Shown here: positions 18,039 to 27,628 of the stretch, piece by piece
How the letters are laid out: each line of letters opens with the position of its first letter
How positions within the stretch are numbered: the first letter of the stretch is position 1
From: Magnetococcales bacterium
GTDB lineage: Bacteria > Pseudomonadota > Magnetococcia > Magnetococcales > JADFYX01
Assembly: GCA_002753565.1 (NCBI GenBank)
Contig: PEAM01000016.1
Location: forward strand, 4,400-68,399
Length of the DNA: 64,000 nt
Direction: 5' to 3'
Program-made: the position numbers and the translations under genes
Notes under the pieces: model-generated
Seen by the model: only the letters and a program-made list of their open reading frames with translations
The model's database searches: none
What the model was told of the DNA's origin: nothing

Positions 18039-19691
18039 TCAGATGGGACAGATCAGCTCTCCCAGCTTTTCGCTCAGTTTCAGGTTTTCTCGATAATCGA
18101 CCGGACAGTCGATAATCACGACGGTCTGATCGGCGATGGCCTGTTGCAGGGTGGGGACCAAATCAGCGGCACGCTCTACCCGATAGCCTTTGGCTCCGAA
18201 ACTCTCGGCATATTGGATAAAATCGGGATTGTTAAACTTAACATGGCTCTCCCGTCCAAACTGGCTCATCTGTTTCCACTCTATCAGACCATAGGAGGCG
18301 TCCGACCAGATGAGAATCACCATCGCCGTACCCACCCGCATGGCGGTCTCAATCTCTTGCGAGTTCATCAGAAACCCAGCATCCCCGGTGACCGCCACAA
18401 CGGTCCGTTCCGGGTGGACCAACTTGGCGGCAATGGCGCCGGGAACAGCAATTCCCATCGAGGCAAAACCGTTGGAGATAATACAGGTGTTGGGCCGTTC
18501 GGTCTGGTACATCCGGGCGATCCACATTTTGTGGGCGCCCACATCCGAGATGACAATATCTTCCACATCAAGAACCTGACGCAGATCCCAAAGAATTTTT
18601 TGTGGCTTGACCGGAAAGCCCTCATCCTCAGCATAGGCCGACAGCTCTGCGACAATGGCAGATCGGAGGTTATGGGCCAGTCGATCACGATGGAAGCTAC
18701 TCTCAGCCGCAATACCCTTGAGAGATTCGCCAATATCCCCAACCACACCCACCTCCAGAGTATAGTGGGCATCCACTTCGGCGGGAGAGGCGTCGATATG
18801 GATGATTTTTCTCTTCTTGTCCGGGTGCCAGAGATAGGGGTGATATTCAACAATATCAAACCCCACACAGATAATAACATCGGCCCGATCAAACCCGCAG
18901 GAGACATAGTCGTGGGCCTGAAGCCCCACCGCTCCCAAAGCTAGATCATGAGAAAAGGGGATCGCCCCCTTGGCCATAAAGGTGGTGGCAACAGGAATGT
19001 TCAACTTTTCGGCAAAAGAGACCAACATCTGCGAAGCCTTGCCTCTAATGACGCCATTACCAGCAATAACAATAGGATACTTAGCTTCCGAGATCACCTT
19101 GGCGGCTTGGTGTATTTTAGCGGCCGGGGGGGATGGGGTCATGTGATGCTGCACTTTAAGCACCGATTGATCCACAGCCATTTCAGCAATATTCTCAGGA
19201 AAATCAATAAAGCTAGCCCCCGGTTTTTCCGCTTGGGCCAGTTTAAAGGCTTTACGGATAATCTCTGGAATATTGTCCGGCTCCAAAATCTGTATGCTGT
19301 ATTTTGATATGGGCCGGAACATGTTAACCAGATCCAGAGCCTGATGGCTCTCTTTGTGCAAACGGGTGGTTGCCGCCTGCCCGGCAATGGCAATCAGGGG
19401 TGCCCTATCCATATTGGCATCGGCAACACCGGTAATCAGATTGGTCGCCCCCGGACCCAGAGTCGCCAGACAGACCCCGGCTCGACCGGTTAAACGACCG
19501 GTCACGTCCGCCATAAAGGCTGCTCCCTGTTCATGGCGGGTGGTGATAAAGCGGATGGAGCTATCGAGTAGCGCATCCATCATATCCAGGTTCTCTTCTC
19601 CGGGAATCCCAAAAATTGTTTCAACCCCTTCATTTTCCAGACATTTAACCAACAACTCCGCCGCTTTCATTTTTTTCACCTCTTTAGTCAC
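18039..19691 (-). CDS. Thiamine-diphosphate-dependent acetolactate synthase, AlsS-like large subunit
   Basis: N-terminal ELLVKCLENEGVETIFGIPGEENL, RHEQGAAFMA and the ThDP-binding GDAGFLMNSQE motif. The start is either GTG 19691 or ATG 19670; both have SD-like sequences. Confidence 0.8.
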   Translation of the reverse strand: MTKEVKKMKAAELLVKCLENEGVETIFGIPGEENLDMMDALLDSSIRFITTRHEQGAAFMADVTGRLTGRAGVCLATLGPGATNLITGVADANMDRAPLIAIAGQAATTRLHKESHQALDLVNMFRPISKYSIQILEPDNIPEIIRKAFKLAQAEKPGASFIDFPENIAEMAVDQSVLKVQHHMTPSPPAAKIHQAAKVISEAKYPIVIAGNGVIRGKASQMLVSFAEKLNIPVATTFMAKGAIPFSHDLALGAVGLQAHDYVSCGFDRADVIICVGFDIVEYHPYLWHPDKKRKIIHIDASPAEVDAHYTLEVGVVGDIGESLKGIAAESSFHRDRLAHNLRSAIVAELSAYAEDEGFPVKPQKILWDLRQVLDVEDIVISDVGAHKMWIARMYQTERPNTCIISNGFASMGIAVPGAIAAKLVHPERTVVAVTGDAGFLMNSQEIETAMRVGTAMVILIWSDASYGLIEWKQMSQFGRESHVKFNNPDFIQYAESFGAKGYRVERAADLVPTLQQAIADQTVVIIDCPVDYRENLKLSEKLGELICPI

Positions 19692-19908
19692 AACCGCTCC
19701 TCCTTACTTAGAAAAAACCTGACAATCCCGGCTCATCTCCGGCTTTTCTCGGTTTTTATTCGACCGATCAACACCCGAATAAAACATGAACCAGCCTGTT
19801 CTCCTATTGAAAAAGTATAACCATTTTGAGGAAAAAGTGTTGAACCATTTCATCCTGGTCGACATAATCACTCTCTCTTCTTTTCATGTTGAGCACCACA
19901 CGGTGGCT

Positions 19909-19936
19909 TTGCGAAAAGTAAAAAAAGTGCCATAAT
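19909..19936 (+). promoter_or_regulatory. Candidate sigma-70 promoter (TTGCGA-N16-TGcCATAAT) for holA
   Basis: -35 at 19909-19914 and extended -10 at 19928-19936. The -10 ends only 9 nt before the holA ATG, and no SD is visible. Confidence 0.35.
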
Positions 19937-19945
19937 CAACACCCC

Positions 19946-20980
19946 ATGAAACTCAAATCCAACGAAATAGAGGGCCGCCTGCAAAACAGCCCACCTCCAC
20001 CAGCCATTCTCCTTTTTGGTCAGGAACAGGGTCTTATTGCCAAGCAGGTAGCCTTGCTGCAAAGCCGGATCATCAAAGAAGAGAGCGAAGCCGACTTTGA
20101 TCGGGAGATCTTCTTTGCCGGCGACCTCGACCAGGAGCGGTTTTTCAGTGCCTGTCAGGCCTTTCCCTTTTTAAGCAGCCATCGCTTTATACTGCTCAAA
20201 GAGGCCCACCGAATTCCTCAAGAGGCCCGAAAAAACCTGTTGGCTTACCTCAAAAAACCCTCTGCCACCACCCTGCTGGTGGTGCAATCCGGAAATTTGG
20301 AAGCCAGCAACCCCCTGCGTAAGGGGTTCGAAACCAGTAAAATCGCCTGGGCCGCCCCTTTCTATCCCCTGGAGGGGCACGCGTTGGGGGGATGGATTCG
20401 CCAACAGCTCCAGGAAAAAGGCTACCAAGTCGACAACGACGCCCTGAGCTATCTGGCCCAACGGCTGGAAGGGGACACCCTGGCAGCCGCCAATGAGCTG
20501 GAAAAATTGCAACTGTTCTTGGGAGATGAGCGCCGTGTCGGTCTGGAAGAGGTGATGGCTGTGGTGGGAGAGACCCTTCAACACAGCCCCTTTGGCCTGG
20601 CCTCGGCAACCGCCAACGGACAGAAAAAAGAGGCCTTGAAGATTTTGGATAAACTGCTGGAGAGTGGCGAAGAGCCTCTGGCTCTCCTGGGGATTCTCAC
20701 CTTGCGACTACGACGTATTATCCAAGGTCAGGCCCTGCTCAGCCAGGGGGAGAACCCCAAGGCAGTCGCACGAAAATTGCGGATTTTCTGGCGGGAGGAG
20801 AGAGCGTTTTTCAATCAGTGCCACTCCACCAAACCCCGCACCCTGGCCAATGGCCTGATGGATTGTCTGGAGGCCGACAAGGCCTTGAAAGGTGGAGGCG
20901 GCACGCCCAAGCGGGTAATGGGCGGATTGATTATGCGCCTTGCCTCTCGATTTGCCGGGCGTCCCGGATACGGCTCCTGA
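19946..20980 (+). CDS. holA: DNA polymerase III subunit delta
   Basis: 344 aa. The N-terminal pattern (...PPAILLFGQEQGLI...) and overall helical C-terminal domains are typical of HolA. The call is by pattern recognition only. Confidence 0.75.
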   Translation: MKLKSNEIEGRLQNSPPPPAILLFGQEQGLIAKQVALLQSRIIKEESEADFDREIFFAGDLDQERFFSACQAFPFLSSHRFILLKEAHRIPQEARKNLLAYLKKPSATTLLVVQSGNLEASNPLRKGFETSKIAWAAPFYPLEGHALGGWIRQQLQEKGYQVDNDALSYLAQRLEGDTLAAANELEKLQLFLGDERRVGLEEVMAVVGETLQHSPFGLASATANGQKKEALKILDKLLESGEEPLALLGILTLRLRRIIQGQALLSQGENPKAVARKLRIFWREERAFFNQCHSTKPRTLANGLMDCLEADKALKGGGGTPKRVMGGLIMRLASRFAGRPGYGS

Positions 20981-22142
20981 CCAACATAAAAAGAACAAAA
21001 ACCACACCAACCCCTGCAGCCGTCAGGTAAAACAGCCCACCCTGATAGGCCACATAAGCCCCACCACCCAACACCGGGCCAACCCCTCGGCCCAGGGCGC
21101 TCATCGATTGAAACATACCCAACATCATGCCCTGTTTAGAGCTGTCGCTGTTCAGGCTGACCAAGCTGGAGAGACCCGGATGAACCAAACCAGCCCCGGC
21201 AGAGATCAACCCCAAAGAGAGCCACACCCCCCCTGGACTCAACCCTGCCAACAAAGCCAGACCAGAACCGACCAACAGCAGTCCCGCGGCCGTGGTCCGC
21301 TTTTCGCCCAACCGAGGAGCCAGACGCCGGACAATCCCCCCCTGAACAATTACCGCCACCACACCGACATAAAAGAACACCCAGCCCACATCCTGCATGT
21401 CCCAACCATAGAGATCCTGCCCCCACAGGGGCAAAACCACCTCAAAAGCTGAAAACAGGGTAATAAACAGCCCCATCAACAGACAGAGAGAGAGCGCTCC
21501 GCCGTACTGCTTTGCCGCCCGCCAACGGGAGAGAGAAAAGGGGTGATAGGCGATTTTTTCTGCCGGACCACCGTTCTCTTGTTCAGCAACACGGGTTTCG
21601 GCCAGAAAAAAGAGAGCAGCCATGCCGTTCAAACCGGTAATGGCTGCCGCAACCAGCGGTGCGGTCTCCAGACCATACCCGGAGAGAAAGCCCCCCATGG
21701 CCGGACCCAAGACAAAACCGAGCCCAAAGGCGGCCCCAATCAACCCCATGGCCCTGGCCCGATCTTCCCGACTGGTAAGGTCAGCCATGGCTGCCTGGGC
21801 AACAGAAATATTGGCCCCCATGATCCCCGCCAACGCTCGCCCCACAAACAGCAGGGTCAAGGTGCCAGCCAGACCATACACCAGATAGGAGAGAGAGGAG
21901 CCGAACAGACCAAAAACAAGAATCGGGCGTCGACCAATGCGGTCGGAAAAACGGCCCCACAGCGGTGCAAACAGAAACTGCATGATGGAGTAGATCGCCA
22001 TCAACCAGCCAATCTCTACCGGGGTGGCAGCAAAGCGGGGATCTGCCGCATAGAGAGGCATAAGAGGCAGCACCATTCCAAAGCCCAGCAGATCCAAAAA
22101 GACGGTAAAGAAGAGTATTCCTGTGGAAGCCTTGCGCCTCAT
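20931..22142 (-). CDS. MFS transporter (drug/H+ antiporter-like, 12 TM)
   Basis: MFS signature GRFSDRIGRRP between TM2 and TM3, with 12 hydrophobic segments. I prefer the ATG at 22142, which forms an ATGA overlap with the upstream small ORF. Confidence 0.85.
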   Translation of the reverse strand: MRRKASTGILFFTVFLDLLGFGMVLPLMPLYAADPRFAATPVEIGWLMAIYSIMQFLFAPLWGRFSDRIGRRPILVFGLFGSSLSYLVYGLAGTLTLLFVGRALAGIMGANISVAQAAMADLTSREDRARAMGLIGAAFGLGFVLGPAMGGFLSGYGLETAPLVAAAITGLNGMAALFFLAETRVAEQENGGPAEKIAYHPFSLSRWRAAKQYGGALSLCLLMGLFITLFSAFEVVLPLWGQDLYGWDMQDVGWVFFYVGVVAVIVQGGIVRRLAPRLGEKRTTAAGLLLVGSGLALLAGLSPGGVWLSLGLISAGAGLVHPGLSSLVSLNSDSSKQGMMLGMFQSMSALGRGVGPVLGGGAYVAYQGGLFYLTAAGVGVVFVLFMLVRSRIRDARQIERQGA

Positions 22143-22405
22143 AAAACTTTTAATATCCATGCAATAAGCAGTGCGCCGACATTTAAAATGACCGGCGTTG
22201 CAAAGGGACCCAATTTAATACCAGCCGGCTCATACTGAACCGACAAGGCCCATGGTATAACCAGTAATACACCACTTAACAACCCCCAGTGGGCGCCAAA
22301 GTGGATAAAGATAGCCCAGGGTGCCCAGCCTGACAGGACCAACAGCACCAATACAGCCACAGACCAACCAGCCAGAACAAAAAAGGTAGGGCGTTGTTCA
22401 CTCAT
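22139..22405 (-). CDS. Small hypothetical membrane protein (88 aa, 3 predicted TM)
   Basis: Hydrophobic ORF whose TGA overlaps the ATG of the MFS gene (ATGA at 22139-22142). No family recognised. Confidence 0.45.
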   Translation of the reverse strand: MSEQRPTFFVLAGWSVAVLVLLVLSGWAPWAIFIHFGAHWGLLSGVLLVIPWALSVQYEPAGIKLGPFATPVILNVGALLIAWILKVL

Positions 22406-22510
22406 TTTATCGAATTGTTAACTCAAAAGGGTTCATACTCAAGACAAAAAAAACCACCCTGCCCCCAGCCTTTTTCAGGTTTCCGGTGTCAGGGGGGTGG
22501 GTACCACTCT

Positions 22511-22542
22511 AAAAAAAAGGCGGACGGCTTACACCGTCCACC
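22511..22542 (-). terminator. Rho-independent terminator downstream of the NhaD gene
   Basis: The minus-strand RNA reads GGUGGACGG-UGUAAG-CCGUCCGCC followed by U8. It starts 27 nt after the stop codon. Confidence 0.8.
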
Positions 22543-22568
22543 TTTATTGTTACAGACCTCAATCCCCT

Positions 22569-24023
22569 TTAGGGAATGTGAACGGTACCCACAAAATAGG
22601 AACCATTAATCAAAAAGTGTGCGCCGATACTGGCAGCATAGCCCAAGGCAATAGCCCAAGCCCATTTTAGGTGACCACCAAACGTATACAAGCCACGTGC
22701 CTGACCCATCAGAGCCACACCAGCAGCCGAACCGATGGAGAGCATGCTACCACCCACACCAGCGGTCAGGGTAACCAGCAACCATTGGCCCATGGACATA
22801 TCCGGCCCCATGGTCAACACCGCAAACATAACCGGAATGTTATCGACAATAGCCGAGAGGAAACCCACCGCAATGTTGGCACTGGTTGCACCCCAATCAC
22901 CATACATAACGCCGGAGACCAGCTCCAGATAGCCAATAAAACCCAAACCACCGACAGCCAAAATCACGCCGTAGAAGAACAGCAGGGTGTCCCACTCTGC
23001 ACGACCAACACTGGAGAAGATATCGAAAGGAACCGCTGAATCTTCTGTCTCGTAGAGATATTTTTCCCGACGTGCGCCCTTCTTTCCCTTTACCTTGGCG
23101 TGGGTCTTTTTAAGATAGAACGCCATAAAGGAGAGATAGCCCAAGCCCAACATCATACCCATCATAGGCGGCAGATGCAGGAAGTTATGGAAGCTTACTG
23201 CGGTGACGATGGTCAGTAAAAACAGACCAATAATCCGCTTGCCGCCCCGCTTGATGGGCACCACTTCATCGCTGGGAACCGGTTGCTCATCGGGTACGGC
23301 GAAGTGCATGATGGTGGCCGGAACCAACCAGTTGATCAGAGAGGGGAAGAAAAGGACAAAGAAAGTTCCGAAGGAGACAATACCCTTCTGCCAAACCATC
23401 AGGGTAGTGATGTCACCAAAGGGGCTGAATGCACCACCCGCATTGGCAGAAACCACCACATTGATACAGGCCAGCGAGACAAACTTGGGATTATCCCGAC
23501 CCACAGCCAAAATAACCGCACACATCAAAAGAGCTGTGGTCAGGTTGTCGGCAATGGGAGAGATGAAAAAGGCCAGCACACCGGTCATCCAGAAGAGCTT
23601 GCGATAGCCATAGCCAGCCCGCACCAACCAGGAGCGAAGAGCCTCGAAGACGTTCCGCTCATCCATGGCGTTGATGTAGGTCATAGCCACCAACAAAAAG
23701 AGGAACAGCTCGGCATATTCGAGAATATTATGACGGGCTGCAACCTCTGCGGCGTGGGGCATGCCATGGTTGGCATAGACACCCGCCACCATAATCCAGA
23801 TGACACCGGCAGCTATCAAAACCGGTTTGGATTTTCTCAGGTGGGTAACCTCTTCTGCCATAACAAGAGCATAGGAGACAACAAACACCAGAATGGCCAT
23901 GTAGCCAACAAAACTGTCTGTTAAATGAAGCCGTTCACCCCCATCCCCTGAAGCGAATGCCATTTCCGGGACAACCAACAAAACGGTGAAGGTTGCCAGT
24001 AAAAATGTGAATAATCTGTTCAA
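22569..24023 (-). CDS. NhaD-family Na+/H+ antiporter
   Basis: Polytopic protein with ...FFISPIADNLTTALLM... and a repeated IVDNIP motif typical of the NhaD/ArsB/CitMHS permease superfamily. The likely start is TTG at 24023, preceded by AGGAGG, giving signal-like MNRLFTFLLATFTVLLVVPEMAFA. The ORF itself extends to 24086. Confidence 0.7.
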   Translation of the reverse strand: MNRLFTFLLATFTVLLVVPEMAFASGDGGERLHLTDSFVGYMAILVFVVSYALVMAEEVTHLRKSKPVLIAAGVIWIMVAGVYANHGMPHAAEVAARHNILEYAELFLFLLVAMTYINAMDERNVFEALRSWLVRAGYGYRKLFWMTGVLAFFISPIADNLTTALLMCAVILAVGRDNPKFVSLACINVVVSANAGGAFSPFGDITTLMVWQKGIVSFGTFFVLFFPSLINWLVPATIMHFAVPDEQPVPSDEVVPIKRGGKRIIGLFLLTIVTAVSFHNFLHLPPMMGMMLGLGYLSFMAFYLKKTHAKVKGKKGARREKYLYETEDSAVPFDIFSSVGRAEWDTLLFFYGVILAVGGLGFIGYLELVSGVMYGDWGATSANIAVGFLSAIVDNIPVMFAVLTMGPDMSMGQWLLVTLTAGVGGSMLSIGSAAGVALMGQARGLYTFGGHLKWAWAIALGYAASIGAHFLINGSYFVGTVHIP

Positions 24024-24171
24024 CGAGAAGCCCTCCTGAAAAACCTGGATAGAAGCCGCCGCCGAGCAGGGCGGAGGAAAATACAACGTAAAAAATCATA
24101 CTATCGTTACTGCCAGAAGAATGCAAAGGTGAAGAGCGATGGAGAGACGAATTTCTCATTCATACCATTCA

Positions 24172-25527
24172 TCAGCTCTCTTCTGATCGGAGCAGCATCT
24201 CAACAATCTTCGAGCCACTGTCATCCGCATAGCGCAGCAGCTGTTTGCGATCGGTAACAGGCAGAATGCCAACCATCTCTCCGACCAGCCGCCCGGTGCG
24301 AATGATCGGCACCGCCGTCAGGCATCCCAATCCATACAGAGCCTGATAGAGGGGTTTCTTGCGGGCACGGGGCAGGAGGCTCTCTCCCACCTGGATAAAA
24401 TCCCCCTGGGCATCCTGTTGCCAAAAATTGCGATACTCCACATAACCGGGAAAAATGGTATCCAGCCCATTATACTGGGCATCCCGAATCATGGTATCCA
24501 CCAACTCCGGTGAACGAAAAGGGTAGAGGTAGTCCACATTTAAAATCGACTCAGGAAAATCCCCCTGCGCCTCAATCTGGGTCAGACAGTATTGCAAAAC
24601 ATCTTCGATGCTCTTGTCGCTGTCATTAAAGCGTGACGGCCTGGGGATAAACTTCACCCCTCTCAGCTTGGCAAGCTGGGCCACCTCCTCCTGGTCAGAA
24701 AAAAGATGGATGCTATCCAAATAGCGGGCTTCTTGTAGAATATCCAACAACCGGGAGAGAATATCCCGCCCCCCCGGTCGACGCACTTCGCCTCGAACAG
24801 GCAGTACCGCCGCCACGTTATAGTTTTCCGGTCGAATGGTATCCGGCAGTCGCCCCACCGACTCCCCATCCACGGTCTCTATGATGGAGACCACCCCTCT
24901 CGCCCGTTTTTCATCGTTACTCTGATGGAGGCCGTGGTGATGGTAAACCGCCGCATCCGGCTCATAGATCAGCCGATACCCCTCCTGAACCATGGTCTTT
25001 CCCCAGACCCGATCTTCGATGTTGGAGACCTGTTCATCAAAGGGAAACCGATCCCATAGCTCTTTTCGTATCATGCTGTTGGCGTTGTGGAAAAAATAGT
25101 CCTTGATCTGCACCCGCCTGTCCAATCCAAAAACTATGGTCAGGTCCCGTTTATCCAGGGCAGCACTAAAAGCCACCGGTAACTGTCGGCCATAAACACC
25201 GGCAATGTTCTCATCGTCAAAGTTGCGTAACAACGCCGAAAGCCAACCAGAGTCCACCGGCACACAGTGAGCAGAGAGACAGACAATATAGTTACCCTTT
25301 GCCGCTTTAATACCGGTGTTCAACGCCTGACCGGGAATATAGTCCGAGATGGAGATGATCTTAGCCAAAGGAAAACGCCGAGCCACCTCAACCGTATGAT
25401 CACGGCTCTCGTTGTCGACCAGAATCACCTCAAAATCGGTATAGTCCTGATCGAAAACACTCCGCAAACAGTGGCGAATCCAACGCTCTTCATTACGGGT
25501 TCGAATGATGATGGAGACCTCAGGCAT
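24172..25527 (-). CDS. Family 2 glycosyltransferase fused to a degenerate cytidylyltransferase-like C-terminal domain
   Basis: N-terminal VSIIIRTRNEERWI...DFEVILVDNESRD (GT2). The C-terminal ~220 aa follow the CMP-ulosonate synthetase layout (VAAVLPVRG..., FIPRP, YLYPFRSPELVD) but lack the RGGSK phosphate-binding motif. Confidence 0.7.
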   Translation of the reverse strand: MPEVSIIIRTRNEERWIRHCLRSVFDQDYTDFEVILVDNESRDHTVEVARRFPLAKIISISDYIPGQALNTGIKAAKGNYIVCLSAHCVPVDSGWLSALLRNFDDENIAGVYGRQLPVAFSAALDKRDLTIVFGLDRRVQIKDYFFHNANSMIRKELWDRFPFDEQVSNIEDRVWGKTMVQEGYRLIYEPDAAVYHHHGLHQSNDEKRARGVVSIIETVDGESVGRLPDTIRPENYNVAAVLPVRGEVRRPGGRDILSRLLDILQEARYLDSIHLFSDQEEVAQLAKLRGVKFIPRPSRFNDSDKSIEDVLQYCLTQIEAQGDFPESILNVDYLYPFRSPELVDTMIRDAQYNGLDTIFPGYVEYRNFWQQDAQGDFIQVGESLLPRARKKPLYQALYGLGCLTAVPIIRTGRLVGEMVGILPVTDRKQLLRYADDSGSKIVEMLLRSEES

Positions 25528-25553
25528 GGGACAATTCTCTCTTGATGTTTGGA

Positions 25554-26594
25554 TTATTGTTTAAACATTTCCGGTTTGATCAGAACGTCTGCGGCCACAT
25601 CCTGAGCCAACACCCGACCCAGCCACTTTTCCAGCTCTTTACTGGGAATACCGTCACCGGGGTTGCGCCAGGTGATCATCTCTTCCGTCAGACACTCTCC
25701 CGCCCGGATAGCCCGAGTGGAAGCCATGGAGACATGGTATTTATGGCGGGTGATCATCTCTTGCTTGGAGACCTGTTTCTCTCCGCTCCCCCGCAAAGAC
25801 TCAACCACCCGGATATCCCGGACCATAGCCGCCAAATCTTGAGGTTCCAACGAGATTTTATGATCAAAACCGACCATATTCCTATCCAGCGTATAGTGAC
25901 GCTCCACCAAAGTAGCCCCCATGGCCACCGCCACCACACTGGGCAGATAGCCCATCTCATGCCCCGAATAGCCTACCGGCAGACCATACCGCTGGGAAAG
26001 CTTGCCGATAAGAGAGAGGTTATGCTGATCTACCGGAGTGGGATAGGCTGAGACACAATGGAGCAGGTAGAGGGGGGTACCCACCTCTTTAAAAATAGCC
26101 ACCGCTCGGTCGATCTCATCCCACTCGGCCATGCCGGTAGAGAGAATAACCGGCTTGCCGATAGGGGCCAGATAACGGAGCAGGGCAAGGTTGGTCAGGC
26201 TGTGGCTAGCCAGCTTATAGAGGCCGACATCCAGCTTCTCCAAAAAATCCACCGCATCGGTATCAAAGGCGGTGCAGAGAAAATCGATCCCCTTCTCCTG
26301 GCAATAGGCCATCAACCCCTTATAGTCTGCCTCATCAAACTCGATATGTTCCCGCACCTGACGGTAGGTCTGACCAAAAGCGGGAAAACGGTCATCGGGG
26401 GCATCCAACACCGAACCAATGGCCAGGGTATCCACCGTCCGTTTTTGAAACTTTACCGCATCAACACCCGCCTCTACCGCCACATCAATCATCTTTCGGG
26501 CGATCTCCACCGAGCCGTTATGGTTTAACCCCGCTTCGGCGATCACATAGACCCTACCCTGCTCCTGACACTGTTTGAGTGTGGTTTTTGACAT
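25554..26594 (-). CDS. N-acetylneuraminate synthase family protein (NeuB/PseI/LegI-type ulosonic acid synthase)
   Basis: YVIAEAGLNHNGSVEIARKMIDVAVEAGVDAVKFQ, with a C-terminal SAF domain. Confidence 0.85.
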   Translation of the reverse strand: MSKTTLKQCQEQGRVYVIAEAGLNHNGSVEIARKMIDVAVEAGVDAVKFQKRTVDTLAIGSVLDAPDDRFPAFGQTYRQVREHIEFDEADYKGLMAYCQEKGIDFLCTAFDTDAVDFLEKLDVGLYKLASHSLTNLALLRYLAPIGKPVILSTGMAEWDEIDRAVAIFKEVGTPLYLLHCVSAYPTPVDQHNLSLIGKLSQRYGLPVGYSGHEMGYLPSVVAVAMGATLVERHYTLDRNMVGFDHKISLEPQDLAAMVRDIRVVESLRGSGEKQVSKQEMITRHKYHVSMASTRAIRAGECLTEEMITWRNPGDGIPSKELEKWLGRVLAQDVAADVLIKPEMFKQ

Positions 26595-26628
26595 GGTGTA
26601 CCCTCTCTTTCAATGGTCCCTAAAAAGA

Positions 26629-27582
26629 CTATTTCAACAAAAAACGCCGCAAAAGATCCGCCGCATGACCATAGGCAATCTGCTGGCCCTCTACGGTCAT
26701 CCCTCCGGTGTGGGGGGTAATGATCACCTGGTCTCCAGCCTGAGCATAACGAATCAGAGGGCTGTTGGCTTTATTTCGCACCTCGTCCGCCACCACATCC
26801 ACCGAGGCCCGGGCCGTAGAGTTGGCCTTTAAAAAGTCCAGCAGAGCCGACTCGTCAACCACATCCCCTCGGGCGGTATTAACCAACAAAACCGCGGGAT
26901 TCATACGGGAAAACCAGCTGGCATCCACCATGTTTTTGGTCTCATCCGAAGCATGAACATGCAGGCTGATCACATCACATGCCGGTAGCAGGGTATCCAG
27001 GTCGGTCTGCTCATGTTGCCGATCTTCGACGGTTTTAAAGGGATCATAAACCAAGACCCGCGCCCCAAAAGCCCGACAATACCGTGAAAACATACCACCC
27101 AAACGACCATAGCCAATCACACCAATGGTCAGATGGTCCATCTGCCGACCGATAAAGCGGGTGTAGTCCCACTCCCCCTGTTTAACCGACTCAAATGAGG
27201 AGGGAACATGGCGTAACGATGCCATCATCAAAGCAAAAGCGTGTTCTGCCGTGGAAGAGATTCGGTTGATGAAAGAGCGCTCTTCGGTCAGGGAGATCAG
27301 AGTCAAACCCCGTTGGGCAGCCAGAACTTTATCGATATGGTTGGTGCCGGTAGAGGCGGTACAGATAACCTGCAGATCAGACCCTGCCTCCATCAGCTCC
27401 TTACCGATAAAGACGTTGGATTTATTGGGGTTGGTAAACACCACCTGATAGCCGGGAATCCTCTTCACCACCTCGGCCAGAGTAGGGTGGTCCAGATAGG
27501 TCACCTCTCCGGCCTCCTCCAAAATTTCCGCCACCCCCTTAATATGGCGAACCGGCGTAATAACAAGAATTTTTGCTTTCAT
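26629..27582 (-). CDS. D-isomer-specific 2-hydroxyacid dehydrogenase family protein
   Basis: NAD-binding GVIGYGRLGG, plus catalytic-region motifs NTARGDVVDE and ITPHTGG. Confidence 0.8.
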   Translation of the reverse strand: MKAKILVITPVRHIKGVAEILEEAGEVTYLDHPTLAEVVKRIPGYQVVFTNPNKSNVFIGKELMEAGSDLQVICTASTGTNHIDKVLAAQRGLTLISLTEERSFINRISSTAEHAFALMMASLRHVPSSFESVKQGEWDYTRFIGRQMDHLTIGVIGYGRLGGMFSRYCRAFGARVLVYDPFKTVEDRQHEQTDLDTLLPACDVISLHVHASDETKNMVDASWFSRMNPAVLLVNTARGDVVDESALLDFLKANSTARASVDVVADEVRNKANSPLIRYAQAGDQVIITPHTGGMTVEGQQIAYGHAADLLRRFLLK

Positions 27583-27628
27583 GAGAGGCCTGCCCCTATG
27601 TTGGTTGAATCCCGTACGGGATCATGTT

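Noticed and set aside
17994-18944. 316-aa plus-strand ORF (also 54922-55800, 292 aa, and 40333-40890, 185 aa)
   Set aside because: Each is antisense to a gene with clear family motifs (ALS, SDR epimerase, Nnr respectively). They are typical shadow ORFs in GC-moderate coding DNA.
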